A DNA stretch of 63,945 bases, filler included, from Asterionella formosa (Eukaryota), in the NCBI GenBank assembly GCA_002256025.1. It is 29 parts of 29 records of this genome, joined end to end, with 100 filler letters (N's around TTAATTAATTAA, not from the genome) between each part and the next. Parts side by side here need not be neighbours in the genome. Positions count along the whole stretch, not along the records: positions 48,618 to 50,721 come from NKIB01000423.1; positions 50,822 to 52,929 come from NKIB01000424.1; positions 53,030 to 55,133 come from NKIB01000425.1; positions 55,234 to 57,337 come from NKIB01000426.1; positions 57,438 to 59,541 come from NKIB01000427.1; positions 59,642 to 61,744 come from NKIB01000428.1; 23 more parts are not named here. One strand, given 5' to 3'. Each line of letters opens with the position of its first letter. Within the stretch, counting starts at the first letter, position 1. The translations under genes were made by a program, and so were the position numbers. Under the pieces are notes generated by a model. That model was not told the DNA's origin. It ran no database searches and was given only the letters and a program-made list of their open reading frames with translations. Below are positions 48,618 to 61,844 of the stretch, piece by piece.

Positions 48618-49732
48618 CTTCTCATGACCATCGACAAAGTAATGTTTCTTTCGAATCTCATACTTGAATCCAACTGCATGCATCCACCTTGCAATTGTAC
48701 AAATTGAGATCTTTGTCAAACCATAGGTCAGAAGGAACTATTCTCTGCTGTTGTTTAATTCACTGTCCTCAACAACTCCTGGTCTTGCTGGTAAGTCTTC
48801 ATAGACGTCGCAATCATCAGGAACATCTACACCCAAACTCGCATTCAATGTTGGCACCAGATGTTCATGAACATATTCATACATTTTTCCACAGACAAGT
48901 CATTTAAATTGGCGATCCCAAATTTCTTGAATGCATTCATGGCATCAGGATTTGATTGGAGGAATGGAGGGATCTTATCCTTTTTGATTGACGACTTACA
49001 GAAAGCATCTTGTAAATTGTATGCCAGTTGCCGATGCCACCTTCCAAGAGTCCTCACATTGGAGTAGGCTTCTATTCCAAGATCATTCATAACTCCAATT
49101 GAATATTGGAGGCACCGCTGCCAGGTCCATCTGGTTTCCCCAATTTCCTTCAGAACAAACTGCCTCAAAGCACAGGCCAAATATAAACTCCTCTCTCTCA
49201 GCATAAAGATTTCGATTTCGAAGCAATGCTTATCAGCATCTCCCCCTTCCGCCAAAAATTTCCAATGATTGGGATGTCTATTAATTGATTCGAACAGCTC
49301 AATTCGGGCAATAACAACTCCTTTGACATTGGCTTCATTTCCATACTTTGCTTTGGGAGCAAATAGTGTCCTGGCCTCACCTGACTTCCAATAATCTATG
49401 CTCAGACAAGCCTGATCATGCTCTATAGTATCCGAAAGTGTTGATGATGATTGAGGTTGATTTAAGGCTTCAATGGAGGGAGTATCAGTTTCATTTGAGT
49501 TCATCAATTTGGCCCGTTTGTTGAGTGATCCAACTTCAAGATTATCCATCACCTCTCGAGTTCGAATTTGCCTTGAACCCCCTAATAGTCGCTTTGTGAC
49601 GCTATTATTAAGAAAAGAAGCGACATTACTGTTCTTCGGAAACAAAGGAGCAGGAGAACCATGGTCAGAAAAGAAGAATAGGTTGTAGCGGACGCTCTTG
49701 ACTTGACAGTTGGCTCTATAGAAGTCCACCAC
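48618..49732 (-). pseudogene. N-terminal part of a Tc1/IS630-like transposase, frameshifted
   Basis: WTWQRCL...RTLGRWHR...IPPFLQSNPD...NLNDLSVE, then ISICTIARWMHAVGFKYEIRKKHYFVDGHEK at the contig end. Confidence 0.7.
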
Positions 49733-52700
49733 TGTGCCACTTGGAATGGTGATTCTATTGTGATCATAGCTAGGACATTGAAGGGTAGCACTTGTTCATG
49801 TAGGTCATCAAAGTTCGCGTAGTCAATAGCATGTCGCTTCTAATGTTGTATTGTTAGTTCATGAAGTGAATGAGGAGGTTGGCCGGAATCCAGCGCCCAC
49901 GTAGTGATGACTCCACCATCACCAAAGAAAAATATCGTCCAAATAACTGTAAGTTTGATGTGATTTGGTTTCCGATCAGCGCTATGATCACGGTTCTAAT
50001 ACTATATCGCAAAACACAAGGCACTGAAGGGAAGCAAAGGGAACCAACCGAGCGCAATCAACATGGTGATGGTTGTAACAACAAGAGATTCATCGCGCAA
50101 AATATTTAGCTATATTTTTAGAAATAATGGTTTGTACCAGGCCTACTAGAGCTACTATATGTTCTTCGATCATGCACCCAGCCATATTCCTCGATTGTTC
50201 ACTCATGTTGTTGCGCCACATACTGCAAAAAATCTGTATCCATCTCAATACCATTAGGAAATGTTTTCTCAAATTGCGTCTTGACCAATTCCCATAGGTC
50301 ATACTTTTACTTCAGCAGGTACTGTCACCAGTTCTGCGATAATATTACAACTGCCATTCGAACCTCCATGTTTGGAAACCAGCATTCATATAAGTACCTT
50401 CAAGTCATTCATGACTTGCAAATACAATACACACATGTCCTAGGTTGGGGCGAGGCAGAAGGCTTTGATCTTCTAGTTGTTGTGATTTTTTCAGAAAAAT
50501 ATGGAATTTTGTATTACAGAACATGGCAAGTATTATCAGCTCAGGAATTTGGTTTGCATCTGTATATATGTGGGAAGCACATTAAAAAGAAATACTGGTA
50601 TCCATGAAATATCATCATATTTCCACAAATCACAAGTTCCAAATGAAATTTCTGTTTCAATATTAGTGTAGTAGGCGATTGAAGGAAATGAAATTCATAC
50701 CTGATATCGTTCTGTACAATGNNNNNNNNNNNNNNNNNNNNNNNNNNNNNNNNNNNNNNNNNNNNTTAATTAATTAANNNNNNNNNNNNNNNNNNNNNNN
50801 NNNNNNNNNNNNNNNNNNNNNTACTTGAGCGCTTCAACCTCTGCGTTTATCAGTTGTGGTCATGGATTGTGACATGATCTAATTTGCCGTTATTTGTATC
50901 GTTGCTTAAGCCTTCGAATCTCATGATAAAATTGCGTGCCGACCTCCTCAGCGTGATAAGCACGGAGATATATCGCAACGGAAATATGGCTCTTCTATGC
51001 TCTCGACCAGCGTCGATCGATGTTGGTGGTCCTGATTTTAATGTGGCCCGGAATGTCATCGATCAATTAGTTTCAAATTCAGCTCCAGGTATTCGATTGC
51101 TGCATATATATATATCAAAAAGTGTACCGGTAGTATGTTTTAGAGCCCATCATTCGTACTCCCCTATTTCTACCGGTAGGCAATTCCCGCTCCAGCTATC
51201 GTCTTGCCATTCGGGTACTTCTAAGTAATTTTTAAGCTCTAAGTAATTTCTTAAGTAATTTTTATTTAAGGGCAATATGGGCCACATCGAATTTTTCGGC
51301 AATAAAATTGCCGATTTTAGCATGACAACCAGAATATCGGTAATATGCATAGAGATGGTACAACAAGCGTAAAACACACGAGAATGATTGTAACATGCAA
51401 CATCAATGAAAATTGAACATGATGTTTGGAGCAACCAAAGTATGAAATGCGATGTAATAAGTAGCATCAAATGAGAAATAGAAAAAAAATTTGGGTTAGA
51501 AATGAAATAAAAAATAAGAGTTCCAATGGAGACGTAGCTATGCATTGTGAATCATTGTAGTACTTACACACCAGGCAACATTGACTTTCCATCGCCATAC
51601 AATCGAAGACCGAAAGAAGAAGAAAAAGAGCTCAACCCAATGTATACCTGAATGGTCTGGTTGCTGCAACCATGCGCATCGCTGTAGTAGCCTGACACCA
51701 CCAGTAGCAGTATTTCCGCCACAGTCATTCCTCTCCGCCCACCAAACAGGCAACCCCGATCATTCCATTCTGAGCAAGCATGATCGCCACGCTGCTCCAG
51801 CACTATTGACTCTCTCTAGCTGATTATTCATGTAGCTTCTGATACGAACTCGCAGTAGAAATGTAGCAAAGCGCGTTAGTACAAGAAAAGCATTGCTTGG
51901 CGGCAATATTGACATCATTGTCAATGACTATACAAATCAACAACGGCACAATACCACATCTTCAATGAGTAGTCATTGATAAATGCATTGGTTCTTATGT
52001 AGATATGTACAATCGAAACAAAACAACAGTGCGTAACGACAAACAACGATGGAAGCGATCAAAACAAACCACGGAAGCAATCAAATCGGAAAGTCGATAA
52101 ATACGATCAACAATCCACATTCAGTGTTTCACTGTTGTACTTACCGATCCGCTTCAACTAGCATAACAAGCAGCAGACGATGGGATCAAAGAAAGATGAA
52201 CGTTGCCTATTGCAAGCCCGAATAGAGCAAAGGCAGGCAAGATAGAGTGAGAACTATATTTGTGAGGACGAAATCGGGCATACGGTACGTAAAATCAATG
52301 AATATGTGTTGGAGGCTTCAACAATGTGAACGATATAATTCAACATTTCAGGTCTCGTAAAAATAATACCGAGTCTACAGAGAGAATATTATTACGTGTT
52401 CAAAGTAAGCGTTAAAGCATAGCTTAAACCATGCATGGTTGTTTTTAGTACCACGTACGTGTGTAGACTAGATGACTGCCGGTAACCGGTAGAATATCCG
52501 TTAAGCATCATTACATACCGTACATGACCGGAGCAAAAACTTGCCACCAACATCAGATGTATCGATATCATCGTTCGTCCGACGAAAAATGGACGATGCG
52601 ACTACATGAATGCCTCGAGAAGACAAGCAATCCAACAATCAACCGCATCCGTTAGACAACGAATCGCTACTGGCGTCATCACTGAACTGATTTTGCCTCA

Positions 52701-53029
52701 AACCGGTAATGATGGACGACGATTGGCATGGTGAAAGGTGAATTGCCGGAGTCCACTTTTCAGGAGACGAACAAAAACGAGGTGAATTCTAGATAAAAAA
52801 TATGAAAATCTGTTGAGTATATAAAATGGTTTCCTTAAGTAGACCCCTTGCCAATTTCGGCGATCCCAGGGCTGGAAAACCGAGGGGCAATTGGCGTCTG
52901 TTGTCTTGCCAAAATGCGAACATATGAAANNNNNNNNNNNNNNNNNNNNNNNNNNNNNNNNNNNNNNNNNNNNTTAATTAATTAANNNNNNNNNNNNNNN
53001 NNNNNNNNNNNNNNNNNNNNNNNNNNNNN

Positions 53030-54504
53030 GCACTACTGCTGCAACCTCGACATGTACCAATGACACGAAAGCGATAGCTGAATACACCACCTCGTTGTGT
53101 AGGCTTTCGAGTAGGAGCTCGAGTGACAATACGCTGCACTCCTTGTAGTGATCGACCATTGCTACCACTCGTGACATTTACCGCTACAGCCATAGCATCC
53201 GTAAGTCTGCGAAATAATAAATCGCACGTCTCGCTGTTTAGCCCGTTCAGTGTATCGAATGTCTCAACGACTCCCTGCTCCAGTGCCGCAACTTGTGCTG
53301 GTGTAGCTTTGCTGGAATCGCCATCAAAGCTAATAATCAGAAAGGACTCAAACTCATTTGTGCCGCTGCATGGTACTGATTCCAGTACCACCACATTTTC
53401 TATCGTGTCAACACTTGATAACGCTACAGAGGAGCGCACAAAAGAATTGAAAATGAATGTAAAATCTGTTGGAGGCAAGCATATATCGCAAAGATCGGTA
53501 TTGATTGTGATTGGAGTGACAGAAGAAGAAGGAGAATGTGTCGTCTTACTTTTCCTGTTTTTTGATTCCTTATTGCCCTTGCTTTTTCCGCTCTTTCTCT
53601 GCTTGCTTTCCTTCTCAGTGCTTCCCTTGCCACCGTCCTTCTTGGTTTTGGTCTTATCAAGAAGCTTTTTGTTTTTCACATTCTTGATGCCATTGATCCC
53701 ATGAAGCTTCCGCCCGTTTTTGGTATTGTCATCTGCAAATAGCCGTAGGTCGCCACCGCAGCCTTTACAACGACCCTTAACTCCAAGTCGGAGAAAAAAT
53801 GTTGAAGTTAGCAAGATGCTATTATTCTTTGCAGTATTTCCCTTTTGTAATCCTAACCCTAATCCAAAACCATCAGTTTGATTCCAGGAGGAGATAGACA
53901 CTGAAGTTAGGACCCGAAAAGTGCCACTTCCACAAAATTCTGAACTCAAGTTGTTGTAGCTCGTCATGAATAGATTTTCAATTTCAACCTGTTGAGCTTG
54001 CGACAGATCGTCCGGACGCCCTGTGAGTGTTGCCAATACTTCGTATTCAAAGTAGGTCGGAGGGATATGGTCGCACATCGTCTTATTGGCCAAATTTTCT
54101 CCATCATGAAGAAGTTCATTGCCGGCCTTCTTCGCACCAATTCGATCAGTCTCATTTGAAAGAACAATTTGTTGTTGGACTATTGCGGTGGGTACTAATG
54201 GCTTGTTGCTGTCGCTGAAGGATCCCTTTGGGTGCGATTTTTTGGCATACTTACCATCAGCAGCTTCCACCACGATTGACAGGAGCAACAATTGCTGAAG
54301 AGCGATCAAGAGAGGAAGCAAGAAGGAAGAACGGCTGGTTGTATCCAATCTTCTACGCTTCGTTACCGTCGAAGTAATATCAGGCAGCAAGCACCGCGTA
54401 TCCAGATTATGTTCATCGGCAACAGCAAGCGTCTGATCGGCGTGTTGGAACATGTGGTAAGCTTCGAACACAACAGCTCTCAGATGCTCATAAATGTTCG
54501 TCAT
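53030..54504 (-). CDS. Secreted-type Cys-module protein with Lys-rich linker and RXL motifs, 3'-truncated; start uncertain
   Basis: Hydrophobic LLLPLLIALQQLLLLSIVVEA; two modules (SYNNL..FCG..FRVL...GRCKGC / TFDTL..TCD..FRRL...GTCRGC); GRKL and GRSLQ; KxxK-rich linker. Confidence 0.75.
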
Positions 54505-55015
54505 GACTGCACCCAAAAAAAGGGATAACCGGTAGGTTCAACACAATGTGTTCAGGCCTCCCTTTTTTGCGGTCAATAGGATTGTTTTGTTCGTTTTATT
54601 CTTCTGGTAGAATTGTGGTATAATGAGGGGGGTCAATCATTTTGTCTCGAAAGATACTGCAGAACATTTCGAGTAAAATCTCTACACAAAGTAATACTAC
54701 ACTCTAATAATTTAAGCAGAAATTTCATCACCAGTAAAATACCACAATTCTTTCTTGATGCATGATAAAGTTGGTCGCAGGAGCACAGGTCCTGATTTTC
54801 CTGATAGGTTTACATACCATCAGGTGTGTCATAGATACTCATTCCAAGATTCCGGCAGGCTTCTATGATATATGTATATTTAAAAAATGAGGGGTAAAAT
54901 GCATCTTAGTACCAGGATGTGACGTGTGACATGCGGCTTGATTTGAAAACACACACAAAATTATGTGTAGGCACAGCGCCGAGGTCGTTTATACAATCAC
55001 TGTATGTACCGTATA

Positions 55016-55098
55016 CTTCATTGTCCTGGACCCCCCAATGTACACTGCCGTGACTGAATTTGACTGATTTTACTTAAGGGGGGCCCAGGACAATGAAG
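55016..55098. repeat. Short inverted repeat (20-bp arms, 1 mismatch), preceded by TA; possible Tc1/mariner-type end
   Basis: cttcattgtcctggaccccc vs gggggcccaggacaatgaag; TA on the left only. Confidence 0.7.
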
Positions 55099-55233
55099 AG
55101 ATTTCCCTTATAATGGACCTAAGTAAATTTCTTNNNNNNNNNNNNNNNNNNNNNNNNNNNNNNNNNNNNNNNNNNNNTTAATTAATTAANNNNNNNNNNN
55201 NNNNNNNNNNNNNNNNNNNNNNNNNNNNNNNNN

Positions 55234-57337
55234 CTGGTCCAACAATAATTTATTTTAACTAGCTAATTTAACTAATTAACTTTATTGAGTTGTTTCCAGA
55301 GCTTGAAAGCAGCTGATTCCGAAGCTTGCTTCTTTAACAGGAACTTCGACACCACCAGTGCGTGGGGAAGGGAAAATCAAGAAGGAGGACATTCCTACTA
55401 TCATCAAGACCCCATTCCTTGGTGAAAGCGCTTTGTTACAAATTCCATACTGGTCCGATGCGATGCGCACGCCTCTGGAAATTCCATACTGGTCCAATGC
55501 GCACGCCTCTGGACAATGATCCAACTGTAGTAGGTTGTGGTATGCATGGTGCCATGCCGGTGGGGCTGGTATGATGGTATTCTTCTTCATACTATCTTGT
55601 ACAGAAGGCAGGTGCACCTACACCTAGCGAAGGGGAGATTGAGACTTGGGAGGAGGCATTCGATTTTTGTTCCTTTGAGTGTTGGTGAAACTGGTCCGCT
55701 AAAGTTGATTGTCAAGATAGGTCATGAGTGAGTCACGCTAGAACAAAAAACGGATTCAATAAGCAATCACGAAAGAGACTTTGACTTTGCCAATCCGCTC
55801 CGCTCCGCTCCGTTGCCTGCTTGCTTGCTTGCTTCCTTTCCATTGACCAGAAGAAGCAATAAAACCACTCTCCATAGTGGACACGAACAAAGCTCGATCG
55901 CACAAGCGCGGCACTCACATCAGCAACCCGTTCTGTTCTGTTCTGTTCCGTTCCGTTCCGTTCCGTTTCGTTTCGTCGCGTTCGCGTTCGCGTTCGCGTT
56001 GACGTGAATCTCAGTTACCACCGGTCACCCATTGCGCCGTGCATCGCTTACTTTCATTTCTCGTCATGCTCACACTGGAGAATACCGGCTCAGCAGCCCA
56101 CTCGCCACTCGCCGTATTCGTCCTCCAAAAGTCAAAGGTCCCTCCCGAATCTCGCCGGTTCCCACTGAGTCGATGAAGAAAGCAAGAAGCACCCGTGTGT
56201 CAACCGTAACAACAAAGTATGCCTAGCGGGAGACCGCCATCGAGGTTGGACCTTAGGGAGCCAGCCTTTTTTTCGTAGTTGTGGTGGGGATCGCTCATCA
56301 CGAGGGATTGTACGAACAAGCGCGCAATAAGACAAGCGTTAGATGCGATATTTAAAAAAGCATCAAGATTTCGCATGTGGATGGTTTGTTTGTACTTTAC
56401 ATTTTATAGGTTTTTTATTTATTTTATGAACAAAAGCGCAAAAGTGTACCGGAAATAATATTCTCATTATTATTACCGGTATTATTAGACTACTGATCAC
56501 GATGATTTGTGAAGAAGCATTTGAACAGATCGCCCACCATGACGGCACTGTTTTTCTTGCATCGGCACTAAAATACAAATGTCATAGAGCAAGAATGACG
56601 ACGCAAAGGAAGGTACCAGTACTGGTAGCAGGTACCTGGTACCAGTACCGCTATGTATATCGCTGCACACAAATTCAATTACCGGTACCTGGTACCAGGT
56701 ACCGCGGGTAGGCTGATACCATGTGCCGGGTATCAGGTACCGGTACCAGGTACCTGGTATAGAATATGATGGTCTATGTGCCAGTAAATAAATACGTGGT
56801 ACCGTATACTGTCAATATGTAAACGGTAGAAAGATGTATGTATATGACGTATACATATCGACAAGCAGTCCAAAAATATCATCAGTCATCGCCAATCTGG
56901 AGAAGAGACCTAAAGTTCAATGCCATACCGGTTAGTACAGTATAGATATAGCAGAAATAAAATAGGTGAGCCTATTAGACTGAAGTATTTCGAGCTATTT
57001 ATCGTACATTGTCCATATATATCAACTTGAATCGTGGCCGTTTCGATTTGATGTGGTTGCCTCTTGCTTGCCTTGACTCTATTCAATTTTTGCTTTGCCA
57101 CGGTTTTGCTCATAGAATACGACGAACAGTGTTTTATGCCAAACAAATAATGTAAGTTTTCGTCAATTGAATTGCTCGTCTCATCTCATCTCATCTCATC
57201 TCGTCTCGTCTCGTCTCTTCTCGTTCGTTCCTTCCTGCCTGCTTTCGACTCGCTCTACTTCCCTCATCATGGGAAGGAGACGAGAAACTGCAGTTCCAGT
57301 TACAGTTCCAATTCCAATTCCAATTCCAATTCCAATT
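55234..57337 (+). repeat. Second copy/haplotype of 6641-8753
   Basis: End-to-end near identity. Confidence 0.95.
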
Positions 57338-57437
57338 NNNNNNNNNNNNNNNNNNNNNNNNNNNNNNNNNNNNNNNNNNNNTTAATTAATTAANNNNNNN
57401 NNNNNNNNNNNNNNNNNNNNNNNNNNNNNNNNNNNNN

Positions 57438-58710
57438 TGATTTCAACTTGCTCCAACACTATGTTTTGGCGGTAATCTATTTTGAAGCATTTGGAAAAAC
57501 ATGGCTTAGTACTCTGTCTCAATCAAATACTTATGAAAAATGGCTAGAACCAAATGAATATGGCGACTACAACTTTTGTGATTGGAAAGGAATTGGTTGC
57601 AATGGAACATTTATAACATCACTGCAACTCAGTGGTGAAGGTCTTGTTGGATCCATTCCTCCAGAAGTAGCAGTTCTAAGTGAAAGAATGAGTAAGTGCA
57701 TTGCGATAAACATGTTTTTGCTTAAAAAAAAGTTATGCAAACTAACTATTTGATTTCGCCTTTGTAATTTAAATCAGATCACATTGACTTGAGCAACAAT
57801 ACAATTTTTAACTTACCTTTGAGCTTCAGTCATCTTTCAAACATAGGTGAGTGACAAAAAATCAGAAAACAAAGGTTTTGATGATTTTTAATTTCTGATA
57901 CAACTTCTCATTTTTCCATTTATTATATAAGAGTACTTCAACTGCTCAGCTAACTTCATTGAAGAATTACCATCCATTTTTGGAAATTTGACCAATCTTT
58001 GTAAGTACAGGCAATAACAATTGTGATTCAAGAGTGTGATTAAATACTAACAACATTTTGTTGTGACACAGTTGTTATGGACTTTGGTGACAATGTTTTA
58101 TTATCTGGAAATATCAGTTCAAATTGGCCTCAGTTGACAAAACTACGTAAGTAAATGAAAAAATTGAAGATTAAAAAACCAGCAAATCATTGATTTTTCA
58201 CATTTTGTACACACTTAATGATTACAGGACATTTGAACTTTGGACATGGAGATCACCAAATTCGAAATGGAAATGATCTGACTGGAAAAATTCCAACTGA
58301 GCTAGGTCTCTTGTCAAGCTTAACATTCTTATCATTGGGTCCTAATCGGTTAACTGGCACACTTCCCACAGAAATTGGACTATTGACAAGTCTTGATATT
58401 CTAGATTTGTCTGACAATACTTTCAATGGCACACTTCCCACAGAGATTGGACTCTTGACAAGTCTCAATTATCTAGAAGCATTCAATGGATCAGTCCCTC
58501 AAGATTTCTAATTATTGATGACATAAAAGTGGTCCATATGTGTTATGCACAGAATGGTGCTAGGGTTAGATAAAATATGTAGGCATGATTGGACTCTTGA
58601 CAATTTTTACTGATCTATATTTGTTGAACAATACTTTCACTGGCACACTTCCCACAGAGATTGGACTATTGACAATTTTTACTGATCTACCGGTATATTT
58701 GTTGAACAAT
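57438..58710 (+). pseudogene. Multi-exon LRR gene, decayed at the 3' end (introns approx. 57692-57777, 57848-57931, 58001-58071, 58147-58228)
   Basis: LLQHYVLAVIYF...FCDWKGIGC...LVGSIPPEV cap; ~70-nt single-LRR exons between GT..AG introns; LRRs 58229-58500; broken duplicated LRR pieces 58588-58710. Confidence 0.8.
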
Positions 58711-58714
58711 ACTT

Positions 58715-59150
58715 TTTTCCTTTGGAGATGTAGCCCCTTGATGTTTTGGAACTAGAGTCTGAGGGTTCTGTCCTCTATGGCTATGGGTTTGTCTCCCCAT
58801 GTGATTTGAGACTCTATGTCTGGATTTCTTGTTGTTGCCTGTATCTTTGATTGTAACCTTTGGCTGGTTGTCTTGCGCTTTTTTGAGTTTTGTTGTGAAT
58901 TGCTTTGTTATCTTTTGTGATTTGTTTTCTGGGTTTCTCAGTTGTGTTTTATCTGTGTGTGACCATGGGACCTGCCCTGATTGTGTGTGTTCTGCTACTT
59001 GGATGTCTTTGTGCTCCGGCTCTATGAACTGGAGAGTGGTATGATTTGTCTCTATCATTTCTTCTTGGTGGTTTTGTTGCTGTCTTTTTCCTTGGTAGAT
59101 ATCTTCCTCCTTTGCCTTCAAGAGGCTTTGGGTGCTTTTTGCCTGTAGTC
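58715..59150 (-). mobile_element. Fragment of a non-LTR retrotransposon (leader and first motif of the AP endonuclease)
   Basis: Minus-strand TWGDKPIAIEDRTLRL*FQNIKGL at ~58805-58733; strong strand skew upstream. Confidence 0.6.
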
Positions 59151-59641
59151 TTGTTGGATATTTGATAGTGGTAGGGCTGCCAGTTGTGTTGATTTTTCAG
59201 GTCAAAGTACTTGGTACCTACATATACTGGCAAAGGTGTATTATGATTGGCCAAAACACGCTTTTCGTTCGTTTGCTTTGGGGCAAAGTATACATTCTGA
59301 TCATAAGCGCCATTCCACCTAGTATGTGCAGGTACTGACTGTGCGCAAGAACCATTAAAAACCGCCAGTAAGATGCTGAGATGAATTTTTTTAGCCACAC
59401 AGAAATTAGGCGAATGCTTGATCAAAAAGACAAACAAGGATGTAACCACCATGACTCAAACTACCAGTACTGGTAGTCAAAAACGTCACACTTTTTCTGA
59501 AATCCTTGCTATTCCAGTATAGCCATGATACTAAAGTAGGANNNNNNNNNNNNNNNNNNNNNNNNNNNNNNNNNNNNNNNNNNNNTTAATTAATTAANNN
59601 NNNNNNNNNNNNNNNNNNNNNNNNNNNNNNNNNNNNNNNNN

Positions 59642-60480
59642 CTTTTCATTGTTCCATTCAAACACTTGTTGCCACGCATTGTCGATCAAGCAAAATGACA
59701 ATCAACCTCAAATCTTCCTTGGCGGAAACCTCTTGATCTTCTGGATGAGTTATCATGAGTTTTAGGAGCTTCTTTAAGGTCTTGAGACAGGCAGCAAAGT
59801 CGATTATAAACATGTTGAAATGTTTTATTGAGTAATATCATGGCATCCAGCCACTGTTATTGACTCTCAGAGATATCATGAAGAAGGTAATCTTCCAGCC
59901 ACATCACTATGACTTTCTGGTTGAGACTGTTATGGTGGGACTGAGCATCTGAGTGTATTGCAACGCTCATCCAGTCAGACAGGACGATATCTATGAGTCA
60001 TCTTTTGTAGCAGTAGGTGAACAAGCAAGGAATCTGCTGGACTGAAGATATATGTGTTAGCCATATCACAGGATTTACTGAAATCAATAAACAAGCTTCC
60101 CCTGAGCGTCAATTGATCATATCTTTGCTGTAAGACTCCAAATGTCGACCTTGCTTGTAAGGATACACAAAGAAGTTTGAATCTTGATGTTTAGTATGTT
60201 GTTATCCTTCATCAATTGGACCACTGGAACTTGAGAGGACATCAACAATATTAATTCTAATTTGAATCTTTTTGAATTCAAAGTGAAGTATCTAACTAGA
60301 AGTAGTAGTATTTGTTGAATATATGAGCTTATTTGTTAATCCTTGTGTGTAACTTGTTCTCCAAGTCGACACCAAAGTATACAATGAGGGTTAGTCGAGT
60401 TCTCTCATTATTGAGTTCTTATACATACATGATATAACACTAAGCCTATATACATCTGTATTGATGCGCAAGATCGCTCA
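59642..60480 (-). mobile_element. Decayed Gypsy 5' end: LTR 60324-60480 (TGAGC...GCTCA), leader and gag relic
   Basis: LTR and leader align with 32295-32517; relic DMANTYIFSPAD matches DMANTCDFSPAD; many stops. Confidence 0.85.
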
Positions 60481-61256
60481 CCAGGTACCAGGTACCGGTA
60501 GGTGCATTCCTCGTAAACGCACGTCCCAGGGGGAATACGACATGAGCGAGAGACTATGTACATTATATGTTTAGGGTTAAGGTTGCGGCCCTCGGCTTAA
60601 CCCTAGTTTGGAGAAAACGTCGCTAGGGTTGTAAAATCGGCATGGAACAGGGAGTTTGCTGCTATGAGTTCCCATGATTCGAGTGTCCATTTGAATATTT
60701 GAATTAAATAGGAGTCGGCGCCAGATAGATAGAGTTCCATTTTAAACAAACGAAAATGAGATTTAACGTTTATAGTATATGTACGTTGCTGTGTGTAGAC
60801 ACAATTTTGTTCCACGCGTGTCATTCATGTATATCCATTATCTTGCTTAGGACCGCTTGTCGAGGCCACCAGGACAAAATGAAAAGATCGGTTGCTTATT
60901 CTTGACATTGTCATTGCCGTTCCTGTTGTAAACCGGTATACCTTGCTTTAGGATGATTGACATGTCTTATGATCATAATGCAAACCCTATTTGCTGTGAG
61001 CATGCCATTTCGGGCAAGGTCAATGTCCACAAACTCCCTGGTATCATAGCTTTGATAGACTCAGCAGATCAGTACAGGTAGTCAAATACATTGATTTTAT
61101 GGAACAGGTACACATAGAGTGAGCATGCACTAAGAAACTTAAATAGATATGTTCATGATTATATTTATATGACAAATAGTCGTAATATTCAGACTTATCC
61201 GGTTTTCCCCAGTAGGAAAATTTTTTGTTGCTTCGTGTTAATCAAATTCATGAAAT

Positions 61257-61744
61257 CTAATAGCAGGTATCACAACAAGAACATGTCACTTCACTGAGGT
61301 AGTCAGCAGTGAGATCAAGATCTTCAATTAGACAAATATCATCTGGCATTGTCCCCGTGAGTTCATTGCCAAAGAGGTACAATTGATACAACATGGTCAA
61401 TCCACCCAACGAACTGGGAACGGTCCCCGTGAGTTTATTGTCATCAATGTACAAATCATTCAAACTCGTCAATCCACCCAACAAACTGGGAATGGTCCCA
61501 TTGAGTTTATTGTAACTAAGGTACAATGTATTCAACTCCGTCAATCCACCCAACGCACTGGGAATGGTCCCAGTGAGCTCATTGTCAAAGAGGAACAAAA
61601 AGTACAACTTCGTCAACCCACCCAATGCACTGGGAATGATCCCATTAAGTGCATTGGAACCGAGGTGCAAAAAACTCAACTTTGTCAATCGACCCAAGGC
61701 ACTGGGAATCTTCCCCGTGAGCTCATTTTTGCTGAGGTCCAAAT
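61257..61744 (-). CDS. LRR protein C-terminal fragment
   Basis: Six 24-aa LRRs (NELTGTIPSALGGLT) and C-terminal LTADY...CSCCDTC. Confidence 0.88.
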
Positions 61745-61844
61745 NNNNNNNNNNNNNNNNNNNNNNNNNNNNNNNNNNNNNNNNNNNNTTAATTAATTAA
61801 NNNNNNNNNNNNNNNNNNNNNNNNNNNNNNNNNNNNNNNNNNNN

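Noticed and set aside
50822..52929. Possible spliced gene on the minus strand and a triple taagtaattt repeat
   Set aside because: Could not build a coherent model or recognise a domain.
53850..53865. Isolated CCCTAA/TTAGGG units (also ~58561 and ~60570)
   Set aside because: One or two units only, one explained by GLGLG codons; expected by chance.
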